Numbered from the stretch's first letter, positions 38,153 through 49,571 are shown. The stretch: DNA of 64,000 nucleotides from Negativicutes bacterium (GCA_963665275.2 CAXXIN010000007.1:224001-288000); one strand, 5' to 3'. Translations and numbers: made by a program. The notes: a model not told the origin generated them from the sequence alone.

Positions 38153-38437
38153 TTAATGCTGCGCGGATCGCTGCAAAATCATACTGGGAGATTGCGGGTC
38201 CAGTCGTGACTCTAACAAGGAATATTCGCCGGTGATAATCAGCAGTGACGATATTCCAAATCGCGAAACTCCACTCGCTTCATTAATAGCTGTTTCATCC
38301 TTGCCCTTGTAGCTCTTTGACAGGTAGGCCTCATGAACGTTGGTCGCCAAGCTCCCTGTCACTAATATTTCCCCAGCCCCTTCGCGGATGGCTTCCTCCA
38401 ACTGGTTCACGGTATGCACCACAAACATAGTGAGCAC
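38153..38437 (-). CDS. Hypothetical protein
   Basis: RBS AAAGGAG, 94 aa, followed by a hairpin near 38107. Confidence 0.6.
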   Translation of the reverse strand: MLTMFVVHTVNQLEEAIREGAGEILVTGSLATNVHEAYLSKSYKGKDETAINEASGVSRFGISSLLIITGEYSLLESRLDPQSPSMILQRSAQH

Positions 38438-38576
38438 TCCTTTCTCCTGTCGGGCGATCCTTCTTCCGAATCAAAATATTAGCTTCTATATTGTTGTAAT
38501 TATACTTCTGTCGATTGGGTTATGTCCATATGCTGCAAGTCCCTTTTTTGTAAAGCTGAGACTAGACGACGCCGAC

Positions 38577-39647
38577 TCATTCAAGGTTCTTTTCATTTTC
38601 AGGCAACCCCTGCCAAACGATCCGCAAGGTTTCTCTTTTGTCTGACCCTACCTGCGGCAGCAACCTGACTCGATAAGCTTTGCCAATTTCATTCAACATC
38701 GCGTATCCAATTTCCCAACGCCTCCGGTCGTCGGAGGACATCACCGTGGGAAAGCGATGTTCGAAGATCACGAAGCAAGGACCGGCTTCTTTGGACTCGA
38801 CTGAAACGGCCAACCGCATAGGGGTACTGGTGTCAGCTCCCTGAAGATCTACAATGATTTTAAAGGTCATCTCCAAAAAGCCATAGTAACCACAAAGCAA
38901 CGGGTCATCGTTTTCGCGGCGTTGAATTATCAATCGGTCCTCACAAACTTTGTTTATTCCTGAAATAATCTGCGCTATCGAACGACACTCAAAAACGGTT
39001 GGCAAAATACTCATATACATTAAATGTATTTTTTCGATAAGATCGAGATGTCCCGTTGCACTTTCAATCGTGTCTGAAGAATGAATCGAACACATTTCCA
39101 GATGTTTTTTCCAGAAGGAAAACATCCAATGGTTAAGGTTTTTCAGACCCGCCAGGTCTTTTTTTTCATTAACCATCTTTTGTTCCATAACGTGAAGAAT
39201 GTGCAAATAGGCTTGATTTTTGTGAACCAGTCCCTCCCGAAGGTCGTCGCGCTCACTCTCAAGGTTAAAGCGCTCGATTGCCTGACGAACAGCAGCCAGT
39301 AATTCCGCCTCCATTTGCCAAGGTTTCGAAATGAACTGAAAAACTTCACCTTGGTTGATCGTCGCTAACACCTGAGAAAGCTGTGTATACCCCGACAATA
39401 CCATCCTGATAATCTTCGGTTGCTTCTCCCTGACAATTTTCAACAACATCAGCCCATCCATTACCGGCATTCGCATGTCCGTAACAATGACACTGACCGA
39501 GCGCTCCTCAATGATTTTGAGCGCCTCCTGTGCAGAACCGGCGAACAGCGCTTCAAAGGGTTCATCGATCACCGCTCTGCGGATTGCCGCCAAAATATGC
39601 GATTCATCATCCACAAAAAGAACCACATTCTTATTTGTTGCCATCAA
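38577..39647 (-). CDS. Response regulator with degenerate kinase-like C-terminus
   Basis: FVDDE, TDMRMP, SKPW; C-terminus has no clear catalytic boxes. Confidence 0.85.
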   Translation of the reverse strand: MMATNKNVVLFVDDESHILAAIRRAVIDEPFEALFAGSAQEALKIIEERSVSVIVTDMRMPVMDGLMLLKIVREKQPKIIRMVLSGYTQLSQVLATINQGEVFQFISKPWQMEAELLAAVRQAIERFNLESERDDLREGLVHKNQAYLHILHVMEQKMVNEKKDLAGLKNLNHWMFSFWKKHLEMCSIHSSDTIESATGHLDLIEKIHLMYMSILPTVFECRSIAQIISGINKVCEDRLIIQRRENDDPLLCGYYGFLEMTFKIIVDLQGADTSTPMRLAVSVESKEAGPCFVIFEHRFPTVMSSDDRRRWEIGYAMLNEIGKAYRVRLLPQVGSDKRETLRIVWQGLPENEKNLE

Positions 39648-40705
39648 AGATCACCTGCACGCCTTAGCATTCCCGTAGCTACTAGTTCCTGGTTAGTAAA
39701 ACATTCAACCACATCCGCATCAAAATGACTGCCGACATCCTGTTTGAGAATCGCCAACACTTCTTGTCGCGGCACTCCTTTGCGATAAATGCGACCCGAT
39801 ATCAATGCATCGTACGCATCGGCCACTGCCAGAATTCTTGCTTCCAGCAGAATTTCCGCCGCCTTCAGATGGTACGGGTATCCTGAGCCATCATATTTTT
39901 CATGATGTTGCAAAACAATTTCGGCGGCATCATTCCACAAGCCCAACTCTCGCAATATTTCCGCGCCATAGATGGGATGCTCTTTCATAAAAGCATATTC
40001 GCTTTCATCCAACCGTCCCGCCTTATAAAGGATTTGGTCACGAATAGCGATCTTGCCGATATCATGAAAGACTCCGGCATATTCAAGGTTCTGCTGCCGC
40101 TGCTCCGACAGCTGCATCGATCGCGCCACCTGAACAGCATATTGGCTCACACGCAAGCTGTGTTGCAGCAGTTCACTGTCTTTGACCTGGATGATTTTTT
40201 TCAGCGCATTGGCCTCATTCTCTATCGTTTGTTTCATCCGCGCATGCGAATGTTCCAGCAACACCTTCCAAGTCTCTTTCTCGCACAGGCTTTGCGCGAG
40301 AATAAGTTCTCGATCCAACGCGTCCTGCCGAAACTGAAACGCCGCCTTCACCGCATCAATAAGTTCCTCATCTTCCCAGGGTTTGCTGATGTATTGAAAA
40401 ATTTGTCCGTTGTTGATCGCCGAAATAACAACATCAATGTCTGAATAACCGGAAATGAGCAACCGCACAGTACTCGGCGATAGCGCGCGCGCCCGCAGCA
40501 AAAGCTCAACTCCCGACATTTTCGGCATCCGTTGGTCACAAATGAGAAGCGCCGGAGGAGTAAGCTTCAAAATTTGGAGGGCCTCCTCAGCATCCGGCGT
40601 GCTGCGTACTTGATACCCGGCAAAGACTAATGTTCTGGTGATCGCCCGCAGCACATGCTCTTCATCGTCAACGATCAATACCATTTTATTTTCTGACACT
40701 GACAT
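39644..40705 (-). CDS. Response regulator with HD-GYP phosphodiesterase domain
   Basis: VDDE, DQRMP, HDIGK, HHEKYDGSGYP. Confidence 0.93.
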   Translation of the reverse strand: MSVSENKMVLIVDDEEHVLRAITRTLVFAGYQVRSTPDAEEALQILKLTPPALLICDQRMPKMSGVELLLRARALSPSTVRLLISGYSDIDVVISAINNGQIFQYISKPWEDEELIDAVKAAFQFRQDALDRELILAQSLCEKETWKVLLEHSHARMKQTIENEANALKKIIQVKDSELLQHSLRVSQYAVQVARSMQLSEQRQQNLEYAGVFHDIGKIAIRDQILYKAGRLDESEYAFMKEHPIYGAEILRELGLWNDAAEIVLQHHEKYDGSGYPYHLKAAEILLEARILAVADAYDALISGRIYRKGVPRQEVLAILKQDVGSHFDADVVECFTNQELVATGMLRRAGDL

Positions 40706-41884
40706 TCACTCCTTGCTCTCATCGCGCAGCCATTGTTCAAAGTGTTGTTGAGTAGTACTTATTTGCCGGAATGCCTCGGGATTCAACATTTGAGGCAACT
40801 TTGGCAAGATCGCCTTCCAGGCGTAATGACTGGCCAAATGGACCGAAGCTACAGCCTCGGTTTCGATAACGGCGCTATGCAAGGGTGTATCGTGAAACAA
40901 GGCACATTCCACAATCGGGTACGGAAGTCCCCACCAATCCAATAGATGACCCCCTAATTCGGCATGAGTAATCCCAAACGCTTCCTTTTCCAAAGCCGAT
41001 AACGACAAGAGATTACCGGATTGCAAGTGCTTTTGGATTATTATCTTGCATTTTTCCGGGAAATAGTGCAAAAGCATGACAAATCCAATATTATGAAGCA
41101 ACCCCGCAGTTGCCAAATTATCAGGCAGTCTTTTGCCAAGAAGCTTGGTGTAAATTGCAGCCGTAAGCATGTTGGTGTGAGTTGCGTGACGCGCCAAACG
41201 CGACAGATTGAAAGGGGGAACCTGAATGCGGACCGTCTGCAGAAGATTGCAGGACAATACAATAGACTTGACAACCGGTAATCCCAAATACGTGATTGCC
41301 TGAATAATCGAGCCGGTCTTGATATTATAAAACGCGGAATTAACGACTCGGAGAACGGACGCCGCCACGGTCGGGTCTGTCTCAATCACGCGCGCTATGG
41401 CGCTGACATCGGCATCTTGTTCTATGAGACGGCACACTGAATTGTATACGCCGGTGATCATCGACAAATTTTCAAGTTTATTGGCAAATTCAAGAATGGA
41501 CAAGCTGCGATACATCTCGCGGGCTTCGAATATTCGTCCGATTTTATCTTTGAATTCTGCTCCGACCCATGGTTTCAACAGGTAGAGGCTACTGGACCCA
41601 TCAATGATGGTCTCAAAAAGTTCATTTTCGCTTGCGTAGCCGCTCAAAATAATTCGGGTTGTCCAAGGGAACCGTTCTTTCACTTTACGCAAGAACTGGT
41701 GCCCATCCATCACCGGCATCCGCATATCGGAAATAACGACATCAATAGGTTGGCTTTCCAAGATTTTCAGCCCTTCTTCGCCGCTTTCCGCCAGAGAAAC
41801 TTCAAAATCGCTATCGAAAAAGAGGCGGTCCAGGGCCGTGAGAATTGATTTTTCATCATCAACAAAAAGTATGCTCTTGCCCAC
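40706..41884 (-). CDS. Response regulator with HDOD domain
   Basis: VDDE, DMRMP, LRVVNSAFY, AGLLHNIG, HAELGGHLLDWWGLP. Confidence 0.92.
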   Translation of the reverse strand: MGKSILFVDDEKSILTALDRLFFDSDFEVSLAESGEEGLKILESQPIDVVISDMRMPVMDGHQFLRKVKERFPWTTRIILSGYASENELFETIIDGSSSLYLLKPWVGAEFKDKIGRIFEAREMYRSLSILEFANKLENLSMITGVYNSVCRLIEQDADVSAIARVIETDPTVAASVLRVVNSAFYNIKTGSIIQAITYLGLPVVKSIVLSCNLLQTVRIQVPPFNLSRLARHATHTNMLTAAIYTKLLGKRLPDNLATAGLLHNIGFVMLLHYFPEKCKIIIQKHLQSGNLLSLSALEKEAFGITHAELGGHLLDWWGLPYPIVECALFHDTPLHSAVIETEAVASVHLASHYAWKAILPKLPQMLNPEAFRQISTTQQHFEQWLRDESKE

Positions 41885-41890
41885 GTTGCA

Positions 41891-43135
41891 TCAACTCCGT
41901 TTCACTTCAGACACTACAGGAAGTTTAATCCAAAAAGTCGCTCCGGCCCCATATTCACTCTCCACCAACAATTCACCGGCAAATTTCTTGATGATGCCAT
42001 AAGCAATGCTGAGCCCAAGCCCAGTGCCGCTGCCAATTTCTTTGGTGGTAAAAAACGGGTCAAATATCCGGTTGATATGATCGGGTTTGATCCCCGGTCC
42101 ATCATCGGTAATCCGGCATACAACATAGTCACCTTCCGAATAGGTATCAATCGCGATCTTACCGAGTTCACCCCGAGACTGGCCTTTGATGGCTTGAACC
42201 GCATTATGCAGAACATTGATCATTACCTGCGCGACTTGACCTTTATCGCAAAGCGCCAGGCTTGCCGCTGTTTGCTTCTTCTCAACAACCGCAACATATT
42301 TAATCTCATTCTTCATGATCAACAACGCATCTTCCACGATCTGATTCATGTCATTGCTTGTGGCCGCGTCTTCGTTGCCGCTTCTGGCAAAATTTCGCAA
42401 ACTCCGGACAATTTTTGCAACCCGTTCTACTCCATCCCGCGATTCTGTGATAATCGGCGTAAAATCCGCCAAAACCCGATCAAGCTTACCTTTCGTTTCG
42501 TTTTCAAGAATATGTTGCTGGAGGAGTACCAGTTGTTCACGCGAAACATCGGTGTCAAGCACCAGCCGTCCCAGAGTGCGGTATTGTTCAATAATATCCT
42601 TGGCCTTATCCAGATATTTCGCCATAGTTTCCAGATTACTACTGATGAATCCGACCGGATTGTTGATTTCATGCGCCACCCCAGCAGCCAATTCGCCCAA
42701 CGACATCAACTTTTCGGCTTGCACGAGATACGACTGGGTTTGTTTCAACTTCAAAACATTTTTCCGTGTTTTGGCCGCAGCCTGCATCCTGACAACAAAC
42801 TCCGTGGGTTCAATTGGTTTGTTAATATAGTCATTGGCGCCATTTTCAAAGCATTGGCGAAAACTTTCCTTATCAGCGAGACCGGTAAACATGACGACTT
42901 GTATATCCTGGTATTTTTCTTCACTCCGGATGATTTTCAATAAAGCGATGCCATCAATCTTCGGCATGATGATGTCCAACAACACAATGCCGACATCTTC
43001 CGAAGCAAGAATATTCATTACAGCATCCGGGTCATTGCACAATATAACCCCTTGATTTTCGACATGCGCCTCCAAAAGGTCACGGGCAACCGCCAAATTG
43101 AATTTCTCATCATCAACTACCAGTATTTTCATCAT
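41891..43135 (-). CDS. Hybrid REC-histidine kinase (NtrB-type)
   Basis: N-terminal REC, AHEINNP, DDGPGI, PFFTTK, GTGLGL. Confidence 0.93.
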   Translation of the reverse strand: MMKILVVDDEKFNLAVARDLLEAHVENQGVILCNDPDAVMNILASEDVGIVLLDIIMPKIDGIALLKIIRSEEKYQDIQVVMFTGLADKESFRQCFENGANDYINKPIEPTEFVVRMQAAAKTRKNVLKLKQTQSYLVQAEKLMSLGELAAGVAHEINNPVGFISSNLETMAKYLDKAKDIIEQYRTLGRLVLDTDVSREQLVLLQQHILENETKGKLDRVLADFTPIITESRDGVERVAKIVRSLRNFARSGNEDAATSNDMNQIVEDALLIMKNEIKYVAVVEKKQTAASLALCDKGQVAQVMINVLHNAVQAIKGQSRGELGKIAIDTYSEGDYVVCRITDDGPGIKPDHINRIFDPFFTTKEIGSGTGLGLSIAYGIIKKFAGELLVESEYGAGATFWIKLPVVSEVKRS

Positions 43136-43174
43136 CCAACTCCTCAATGCCGCTCAACTTTCCCGAAAAAGACT

Positions 43175-45100
43175 TTATCCCAGCGACGACTGCATGCGCG
43201 GCAACCGAATAGTAAACGTCGTCCCCTCGCCTTCCACGCTGCAAAAAGAAATATCTCCATGGTGCTTATTGGTAATAATATCGTACGAAATACTCAAACC
43301 CAAGCCTGTTCCCTGTCCCACCGGTTTGGTCGTAAAGAAGGGGTTGAATATGTCTTTCTTTATATGTTCCGGGATTCCCTGCCCGTTATCTTGAATAGAG
43401 CAATATACAGATTTTTCATCAAAATACGTGCGGATCGTGATGAGGCCCATTTCACCCAAGTCCTTGTCTTTGATCGCATAAGCCGCATTCAAAATAATAT
43501 TCAACAACACTTGGTTGATTTGTCCCCCGACAGCACTGACTTGCGGTAAATCAGCAAGTTCCTCTTTGATTTTCGCAATATATTTCACTTCGTTTCTGGA
43601 AACTATCAGCGAATTGCGTACTCCTTCGGTTAAATCATAGTCCTCAGCCTTTCCCTGTTGGTCAACGCGGGAAAATATACGCAACGCTTTAACGATATCG
43701 GCAACCCGCTTAAAGCCTTCTTGGGTTTCCTGGAAAATGGTATCCATATCCTGCAAAATATATTCCAATTTATTCTTTTTCTCAAATGCGGAGATATCCT
43801 CAGCCTTCTTTTGCAGAGAAACATCTCCGGTGTTCACGGCCTCTGCCCGAAAAGAGCGATATTCGTTAATGACCTCGACCAAACGCACCGTATACTTGTG
43901 AAGCGTCTCAAAATTGCTCATCGTGAATCCGAGGGGGTTATTGATTTCGTGTGCGACGCCAGCGGCCAGTTGGCCGATAGAAGCCATCTTCTCCTGGTGA
44001 ATCACTTGGCTTTGAACGTTTTGCAACTCTTTGTACGCCACTTCCAACTCAGCGTTTTTATGTCTGAGCTCCTTTGTCCGTTCAGATACTTGATTTTCCA
44101 GTCCATCCAACATATTTTCCAGCTTTGCTTCAGCGAAGTACTGACGCCTGATTACAAATAGCATCGCCAGAGTAAAGGCCACTATCGACAGTGAAATCAG
44201 TATGACTGCAAGGTAGTACCCTTTTATTCTTTGCGTCACCGTCGCAAAATATACTTCTTCATCCACCCCGACCAATACTGCCAGAGGATAATCATTCATA
44301 GTGCGGTAACTATAAATCCGATTAATCCCATCAACCACGCTTTTTGCAATATAAGTGCCCTGATGCGCTGCAGAGATATGTTCCATCAATCCACTTTCTA
44401 CAACATTTTGCCCAACTGAATTATCCTGTCCGGACTGTCTGGCCCTTACCACCCCATCCAGGCCCAGCAAGGTCACGGATGAATTTTTCCCCAGGTCCAG
44501 TTCTTTATAAAACGCAGTAAAGTAAAAAGGATCTACCGATACTACCACCGCGCCGCCAAAGCTCCCATCAGGATTATTGATTCGACGTGTCATCTGGAGG
44601 GCCCATTTTCCCGAAGATCTCCTCATTACGGGTTTACCGATAAACAATTGCCTGCTGTCCCGGTCTTTATGCACGAGAAAATGTTCCCGATCCTTTAAGT
44701 TGGAAGGCACAAACGGCACTTGATTGCTGACGGCAAAATCACCATTTTCATCAATAACACCCATGAGCACAAACGGCTGGCTGGCAAACCGGCCCTCTCT
44801 GACATAACCGGGAATATCAATGGATCGCCCTTCTCGTTCGTATTGAAATTTCAAAAACAAGACGGCCTGATCGGCGCCACGAATAGTGCGCAAGGTATGT
44901 TCTTCAAAGGCTTTGGCGAAATTCATCGTTTCTTTGAATGCAGCCTCTTTTTCCTGTTTCATTTCCGATTCAATTTTATAATACAGTCCCATCCATACAA
45001 TAAGGAACAAAAAAAGCGCAAATGAAATAGTCACAAGGCTTAAATTTCGAAAAACGAAGTGATTGAGCCGAGGAAACTTAGGGCGCATTTTCTCCTCCAC
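43175..45100 (-). CDS. dCache-sensor histidine kinase
   Basis: Two TM, Cache region, AHEINNP, DNGQGI, PFFTTK, GTGLGL. Confidence 0.94.
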   Translation of the reverse strand: MEEKMRPKFPRLNHFVFRNLSLVTISFALFLFLIVWMGLYYKIESEMKQEKEAAFKETMNFAKAFEEHTLRTIRGADQAVLFLKFQYEREGRSIDIPGYVREGRFASQPFVLMGVIDENGDFAVSNQVPFVPSNLKDREHFLVHKDRDSRQLFIGKPVMRRSSGKWALQMTRRINNPDGSFGGAVVVSVDPFYFTAFYKELDLGKNSSVTLLGLDGVVRARQSGQDNSVGQNVVESGLMEHISAAHQGTYIAKSVVDGINRIYSYRTMNDYPLAVLVGVDEEVYFATVTQRIKGYYLAVILISLSIVAFTLAMLFVIRRQYFAEAKLENMLDGLENQVSERTKELRHKNAELEVAYKELQNVQSQVIHQEKMASIGQLAAGVAHEINNPLGFTMSNFETLHKYTVRLVEVINEYRSFRAEAVNTGDVSLQKKAEDISAFEKKNKLEYILQDMDTIFQETQEGFKRVADIVKALRIFSRVDQQGKAEDYDLTEGVRNSLIVSRNEVKYIAKIKEELADLPQVSAVGGQINQVLLNIILNAAYAIKDKDLGEMGLITIRTYFDEKSVYCSIQDNGQGIPEHIKKDIFNPFFTTKPVGQGTGLGLSISYDIITNKHHGDISFCSVEGEGTTFTIRLPRMQSSLG

Positions 45101-45198
45101 CTTTGTCGCTACTATCTCAAGTATAAAATTCGACTTATCTTCCCATTCCCCTGTTTATGTGCGAATAGTCAAATTATGTTACAAAAAATCGACAAAGT

Positions 45199-45237
45199 AA
45201 ATCAGCCTCCTCACCTTTGAAGTGAAGAGGCTGATTT
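45199..45237 (-). terminator. Terminator after ftsH
   Basis: aaatcagcctc...gaggctgattt inverted repeat. Confidence 0.7.
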
Positions 45238-45245
45238 CAAGCATT

Positions 45246-47054
45246 TTATTTCGTTGCTTTCACAATTTCGGCAAGTTGATCACCGGACATTACTTCCTTA
45301 TCCCTTAGAAATTGCGCAACCTGATGCAGGACATTAAGGTGGTCCTGTAATATTTTCGTGGCTGATTCTTGTGCGTCATGTATCAGAGCGCGAATCTCTT
45401 CATCAATGGAAGAAACCGTCGTGACGCTTAGGTCCGTTCTCGCCGCTACCCCGCTTGGCAGATAGTTTCCCGTAGCGGAAGCATATCGAACAGGGCCCAG
45501 TTTTTTGGACATGCCGAATTCGATGATCATGCGCCGCGCCATTTCCGTAGCCCGTTCCAGATCGTTCGCCGCGCCTGTTGAAGCTTCATTGAAAATGATC
45601 AGTTCAGATGCACGCCCCCCAAGCATAACGGCCAGCCTTGTCCTCAATTCTGATTCACTGATAAGATAACGATCTTCCTCCGGCATCTGCATAGTATATC
45701 CCAGCGCCCCCTTGGACGTAGGAATGATGCTGATCTTGTGAACCGGATCGGCGCCGGTAAGATAATAAGCTGTGAGAGCATGGCCAACTTCGTGATAAGC
45801 CACTTTCTTGCGCACATCTTCCGATAGGGGCGTTTTTCGCTGCAATCCTGCAACAACCCGCTCAATCGCCAAGTCAAGATCGATCATGGTGATCGTGCTG
45901 GCATCTCGACGAACGGCCAATAGAGATGCTTCGTTAACAATGTTTGCCAAATCAGCGCCGGAGAACCCGACGGTGACCTTGGCAAGGCTCTCTAGATTGA
46001 CATCATCTCCAAGCGGCATGCCCTGAGTATGTATGGTAAGTATTTCGAGGCGGCCAGGCTCAGTAGGCAAGTTGACCTGAATTTGGCGGTCAAAACGGCC
46101 GGGTCGTACCAATGCAGGATCGAGAATTTCGGGACGGTTGGTTGCCGCCATGAGCACTACGCCGGAATTCGCCTCGAATCCATCCATTTCGGCCAGCAAC
46201 TGGTTGAGAGTGTTTTCCTGTTCACTATTACCACCCATGATGCCGACATTGGAACGCGCTTGGCCAATTGCATCAATTTCGTCAATGAAAATTATACAGG
46301 GTGCTTTTTTCTGAGCCTGTTGAAACAAGTCACGGACCCTGGCAGCACCAACACCGACAAACATTTCGACGAAACTGGAACCAGTCAGTGAAAAAAAAGG
46401 AACGCCAGCCTCGCCTGCCGTAGCTTTGGCCAATAGAGTTTTTCCTGTGCCGGGCGGGCCGGCCAACAGAACCCCTTTAGGGAGTTTTGCGCCCATATGG
46501 GTAAATTTCTCCGGGGTTTTCAAATACTCAATAATTTCCCGCAGCTCCACCTCTGCTTCACCGACACCGCCCACATCTTTGAACTTGACGCCAAGCAGCT
46601 CTCCCGTAATTTCATGCGCCTTGCTTTGACCAAAAGACATTGCATTCGTCCCTGCACCGCCCATGCGTTTCAAAACGAACTGCCAAATCAGGAACAATGG
46701 CACCAGCGGCAGAATCCAGCCAAATATCGTGGAAAGAATACTTTGGGTTTGCTGCTGCGCGGAAAACGATACGCCTGCTGCAATGAGCCGGTTAATTAAT
46801 GCCGGATCATTGACAACAACCACGTTGGCCACCGATTTTTTTTGGCCATCCGTGGCTTTTAAGGTGAAAGTGATCCGGTCATTCGATAGACTAACCTGCT
46901 CGATTTTATTCTCATTTAAATCTTGAAGAAAAACATTATAGCTGACCTCTGTTTCACGAATCATCATCGGCTGAAAAATCAAATCGTTGAAGAGCCAAGC
47001 CAGCATCAGGGCGAATAGAAAATACCCTGTGGAAATAGTACGTTTTTTGTCCAT
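45246..47054 (-). CDS. ftsH: ATP-dependent zinc metalloprotease FtsH (probable paralog)
   Basis: Two [22 protein letters not shown]. Confidence 0.95.
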   Translation of the reverse strand: MDKKRTISTGYFLFALMLAWLFNDLIFQPMMIRETEVSYNVFLQDLNENKIEQVSLSNDRITFTLKATDGQKKSVANVVVVNDPALINRLIAAGVSFSAQQQTQSILSTIFGWILPLVPLFLIWQFVLKRMGGAGTNAMSFGQSKAHEITGELLGVKFKDVGGVGEAEVELREIIEYLKTPEKFTHMGAKLPKGVLLAGPPGTGKTLLAKATAGEAGVPFFSLTGSSFVEMFVGVGAARVRDLFQQAQKKAPCIIFIDEIDAIGQARSNVGIMGGNSEQENTLNQLLAEMDGFEANSGVVLMAATNRPEILDPALVRPGRFDRQIQVNLPTEPGRLEILTIHTQGMPLGDDVNLESLAKVTVGFSGADLANIVNEASLLAVRRDASTITMIDLDLAIERVVAGLQRKTPLSEDVRKKVAYHEVGHALTAYYLTGADPVHKISIIPTSKGALGYTMQMPEEDRYLISESELRTRLAVMLGGRASELIIFNEASTGAANDLERATEMARRMIIEFGMSKKLGPVRYASATGNYLPSGVAARTDLSVTTVSSIDEEIRALIHDAQESATKILQDHLNVLHQVAQFLRDKEVMSGDQLAEIVKATK

Positions 47055-47353
47055 GATTTCTCCCTTGTCCTTTCCTTGAGTCCAAGCATGATTAATATAT
47101 GATATATTTGACTATCAGCAGCATTAATCCTGCGCAGCCGGGGTAGCCGCAATATAATTCAATAAAAATAACAGCCCAAAAGTCATCTACGCCCTGATGC
47201 CAGGCACTCCTGTTTACTGTTCTAGTCGAAAGAATTATACTAATGCATAGAATATATTATTTTACCTTAAATATTCTTTGAATTAATCGCCTTATTTCTT
47301 CCTCCGCAATTTTTAAATTTAAGTTCCACACATAACTTGGAGGCGTAATTTAT

Positions 47354-49294
47354 TTGGAAATTTTAAAAAACAACAACTGGTGCAAAATTAACGAAGCCTT
47401 TCAGCTATTCGTAAATACCGGTCGCATTATGCCGGCAGCACTCCGTCCGGAAGTAGAGCGATCATGGAATAGATGTCGAAACATTGATCCATGGACGCCT
47501 CGCCCCAATCCCGTTTCTCAAGCCGAATGCAATCAGTTGGTGAAAAAAAATGCGGAACTTATGGAATTTACCAGGCCTGTTTTGCAGTACATGTATGCTA
47601 CCAACACTCCAAACTTTGAAGATAATATAGCACAATTAACCGAAAAAACCGGGGTGATACTGGATATATGCACCCGGGTATGCACACTGCCCAATCCCTT
47701 AAACAAAAAAGTCTCTGAAGAGTCGATTGGCACAAGCATCACCGGAATAGCGCTTGCAGAAAATATTCCGATTGAATTGGGCGGTACCGAACTGTTGAAA
47801 GCATGTTACCAGACTTGCTATGGTGGGGCTGCGCCGGTTAATGACTCGGATGGAAAAATGCTGGGTGTTATTTCTTTGTATAACAATTATGGCAAGATAC
47901 CCGAACAACCTTTGGAGTTTGTGATAACGGCCGCCAAGCTCATTGAAGACTTACTCAAAAACAAACACCAAGCGCACAGCAGACCAATAACCGACAACAA
48001 ATATTTCACCGAAATGATCAATTATATTGACAGCTGCATTGTCGTAGTGGATAAAGAAGGTAAAATTCAAAACTGCAATGACCGTTTCGTGCATTTGATG
48101 AACGTGCCCCGGGATCAATTGCTCGGCAAAAAATGCGGAACGTATGGTATTGAACTGGAAAACCTTATTTCCGACTTGGTGTTCCAAAACAAGGACTATT
48201 TTAGCGTACAAGTTCAGAATCAATCCTATTCCTGTCTTTTGCAAAACAATAAGACGATTAAGTGGGGTAAACATTACGAAAACACCCTTCTATTATTCCG
48301 TGTTGCTGACTTGCCAAAAGCACGACTTATAACATCTCCCGCCAAGGAAAACTCTGTCGAGGCCATCATCAATAAGGGATTACTCCAAACTGAATTGATG
48401 GAAACCATCCTTCGAGCTGCCAAATTCCCCAGCAATGTTCTGTTGGAGGGAGAAAGTGGAACAGGCAAAGAGCTGTTCGCCAGAGCCATCCACAATGCAA
48501 GTCGTAGAGCAAACAAACCTTTTATCGCCATCAACTGCGGCGCCATTCCGAAAGAAATTTTGCAGAGTGAATTTTTCGGTTACGAAGATGGCGCTTTTAC
48601 TGGAGGGAAAAAAGGCGGCAAAGTCGGGCAGTTCGAAGCGGCCCATGAAGGCACCATTTTATTGGACGAAATTGGTGAAATGCCCTTGGAAATGCAAGTC
48701 AGTTTGCTGCGGTTTCTGCAGGATAAAAAAATCGTCCGGGTTGGTGGGCATAGTTCCAAAAATCTAGATGTCAGAATCATCGCCGCTACCAATCGCAACC
48801 TCAAAAAACTGGTTGCTGACGGATTGTTCCGAGAGGATCTTTTTTATCGCCTCAATGTCATTCCCATAGTGATTCCACCTTTGCGCGACCGAAAAGAAGA
48901 GATCCTCCCCATTGCCAATTATTATCTTAATTACTATTCGGATCTGTATGAATTGCCCAAAATGACCCTGCTGGAAGAAACACAGAACTTGCTGTATCAG
49001 TTTAACTGGCCGGGAAATATTCGACAGTTGATGAATGTGATTGAAAATGCCATGGTGTTTTGCAATAGCAACGAAATTTCCCCCGACCTTTTACCTGTAG
49101 AAATTTTGACTTACAAGCCGGGACTCTTGGAAGATAATCTGGGAATTTCCGCCCACAAGGAAAGAGAATTGATTCTCAGGGCCCTGAACATGTCGAAGGG
49201 CAACGTATCACTGGCAGCCAAATCAATGGGAATATCACGCAATACCATGTATCGCAAGATTGATAAATATGGTCTGCATTGCACAAAAGAATAG
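47354..49294 (+). CDS. Sigma54-dependent activator (GAF-PAS-AAA+-Fis HTH; AcoR-like)
   Basis: GESGTGKE, GAFTGG, LDEIGEM, FREDLFYRLNV, WPGNIRQL, C-terminal HTH. Confidence 0.95.
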   Translation: MEILKNNNWCKINEAFQLFVNTGRIMPAALRPEVERSWNRCRNIDPWTPRPNPVSQAECNQLVKKNAELMEFTRPVLQYMYATNTPNFEDNIAQLTEKTGVILDICTRVCTLPNPLNKKVSEESIGTSITGIALAENIPIELGGTELLKACYQTCYGGAAPVNDSDGKMLGVISLYNNYGKIPEQPLEFVITAAKLIEDLLKNKHQAHSRPITDNKYFTEMINYIDSCIVVVDKEGKIQNCNDRFVHLMNVPRDQLLGKKCGTYGIELENLISDLVFQNKDYFSVQVQNQSYSCLLQNNKTIKWGKHYENTLLLFRVADLPKARLITSPAKENSVEAIINKGLLQTELMETILRAAKFPSNVLLEGESGTGKELFARAIHNASRRANKPFIAINCGAIPKEILQSEFFGYEDGAFTGGKKGGKVGQFEAAHEGTILLDEIGEMPLEMQVSLLRFLQDKKIVRVGGHSSKNLDVRIIAATNRNLKKLVADGLFREDLFYRLNVIPIVIPPLRDRKEEILPIANYYLNYYSDLYELPKMTLLEETQNLLYQFNWPGNIRQLMNVIENAMVFCNSNEISPDLLPVEILTYKPGLLEDNLGISAHKERELILRALNMSKGNVSLAAKSMGISRNTMYRKIDKYGLHCTKE

Positions 49295-49337
49295 AAAAGA
49301 GGCTGCGTTCGCACGCAGCCTCTTTTCTATTCTTTTG
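49284..49337. terminator. Bidirectional terminator between the activator and the catabolic operon
   Basis: Long inverted repeat caaaagaatagaaaagaggctgcg/cgcagcctcttttctattcttttg. Confidence 0.85.
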
Positions 49338-49344
49338 CTATTTG

Positions 49345-49541
49345 TTATTGAATCAGACCCGTCATTTTCCACACAGGCACGCGAAAGTTTGATCATCTGC
49401 TTGTGTTCGACCATTTCGCCATTTGCAGAAAGATAATACGAGGTTGCGTATTGGATGTTCTGGTACATGACGAACCAGGGATTGATTCCTGTCTTTAACG
49501 CAACAGGCGTCAGCAACCGTAGAATTTTTATTTTCCGCCAT
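49345..49541 (-). pseudogene. Heavily deleted SLC13/DASS-type permease remnant
   Basis: RBS plus MAENKNST start, then in another frame GINPWFVMYQNIQYATSYYLSANGEMVEHKQMIKLS, which resembles the C-terminus of Firmicute SLC13 permeases. Confidence 0.5.
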
Positions 49542-49571
49542 CGCTCTTCCCCCTCTTATCTATTCATTGGT

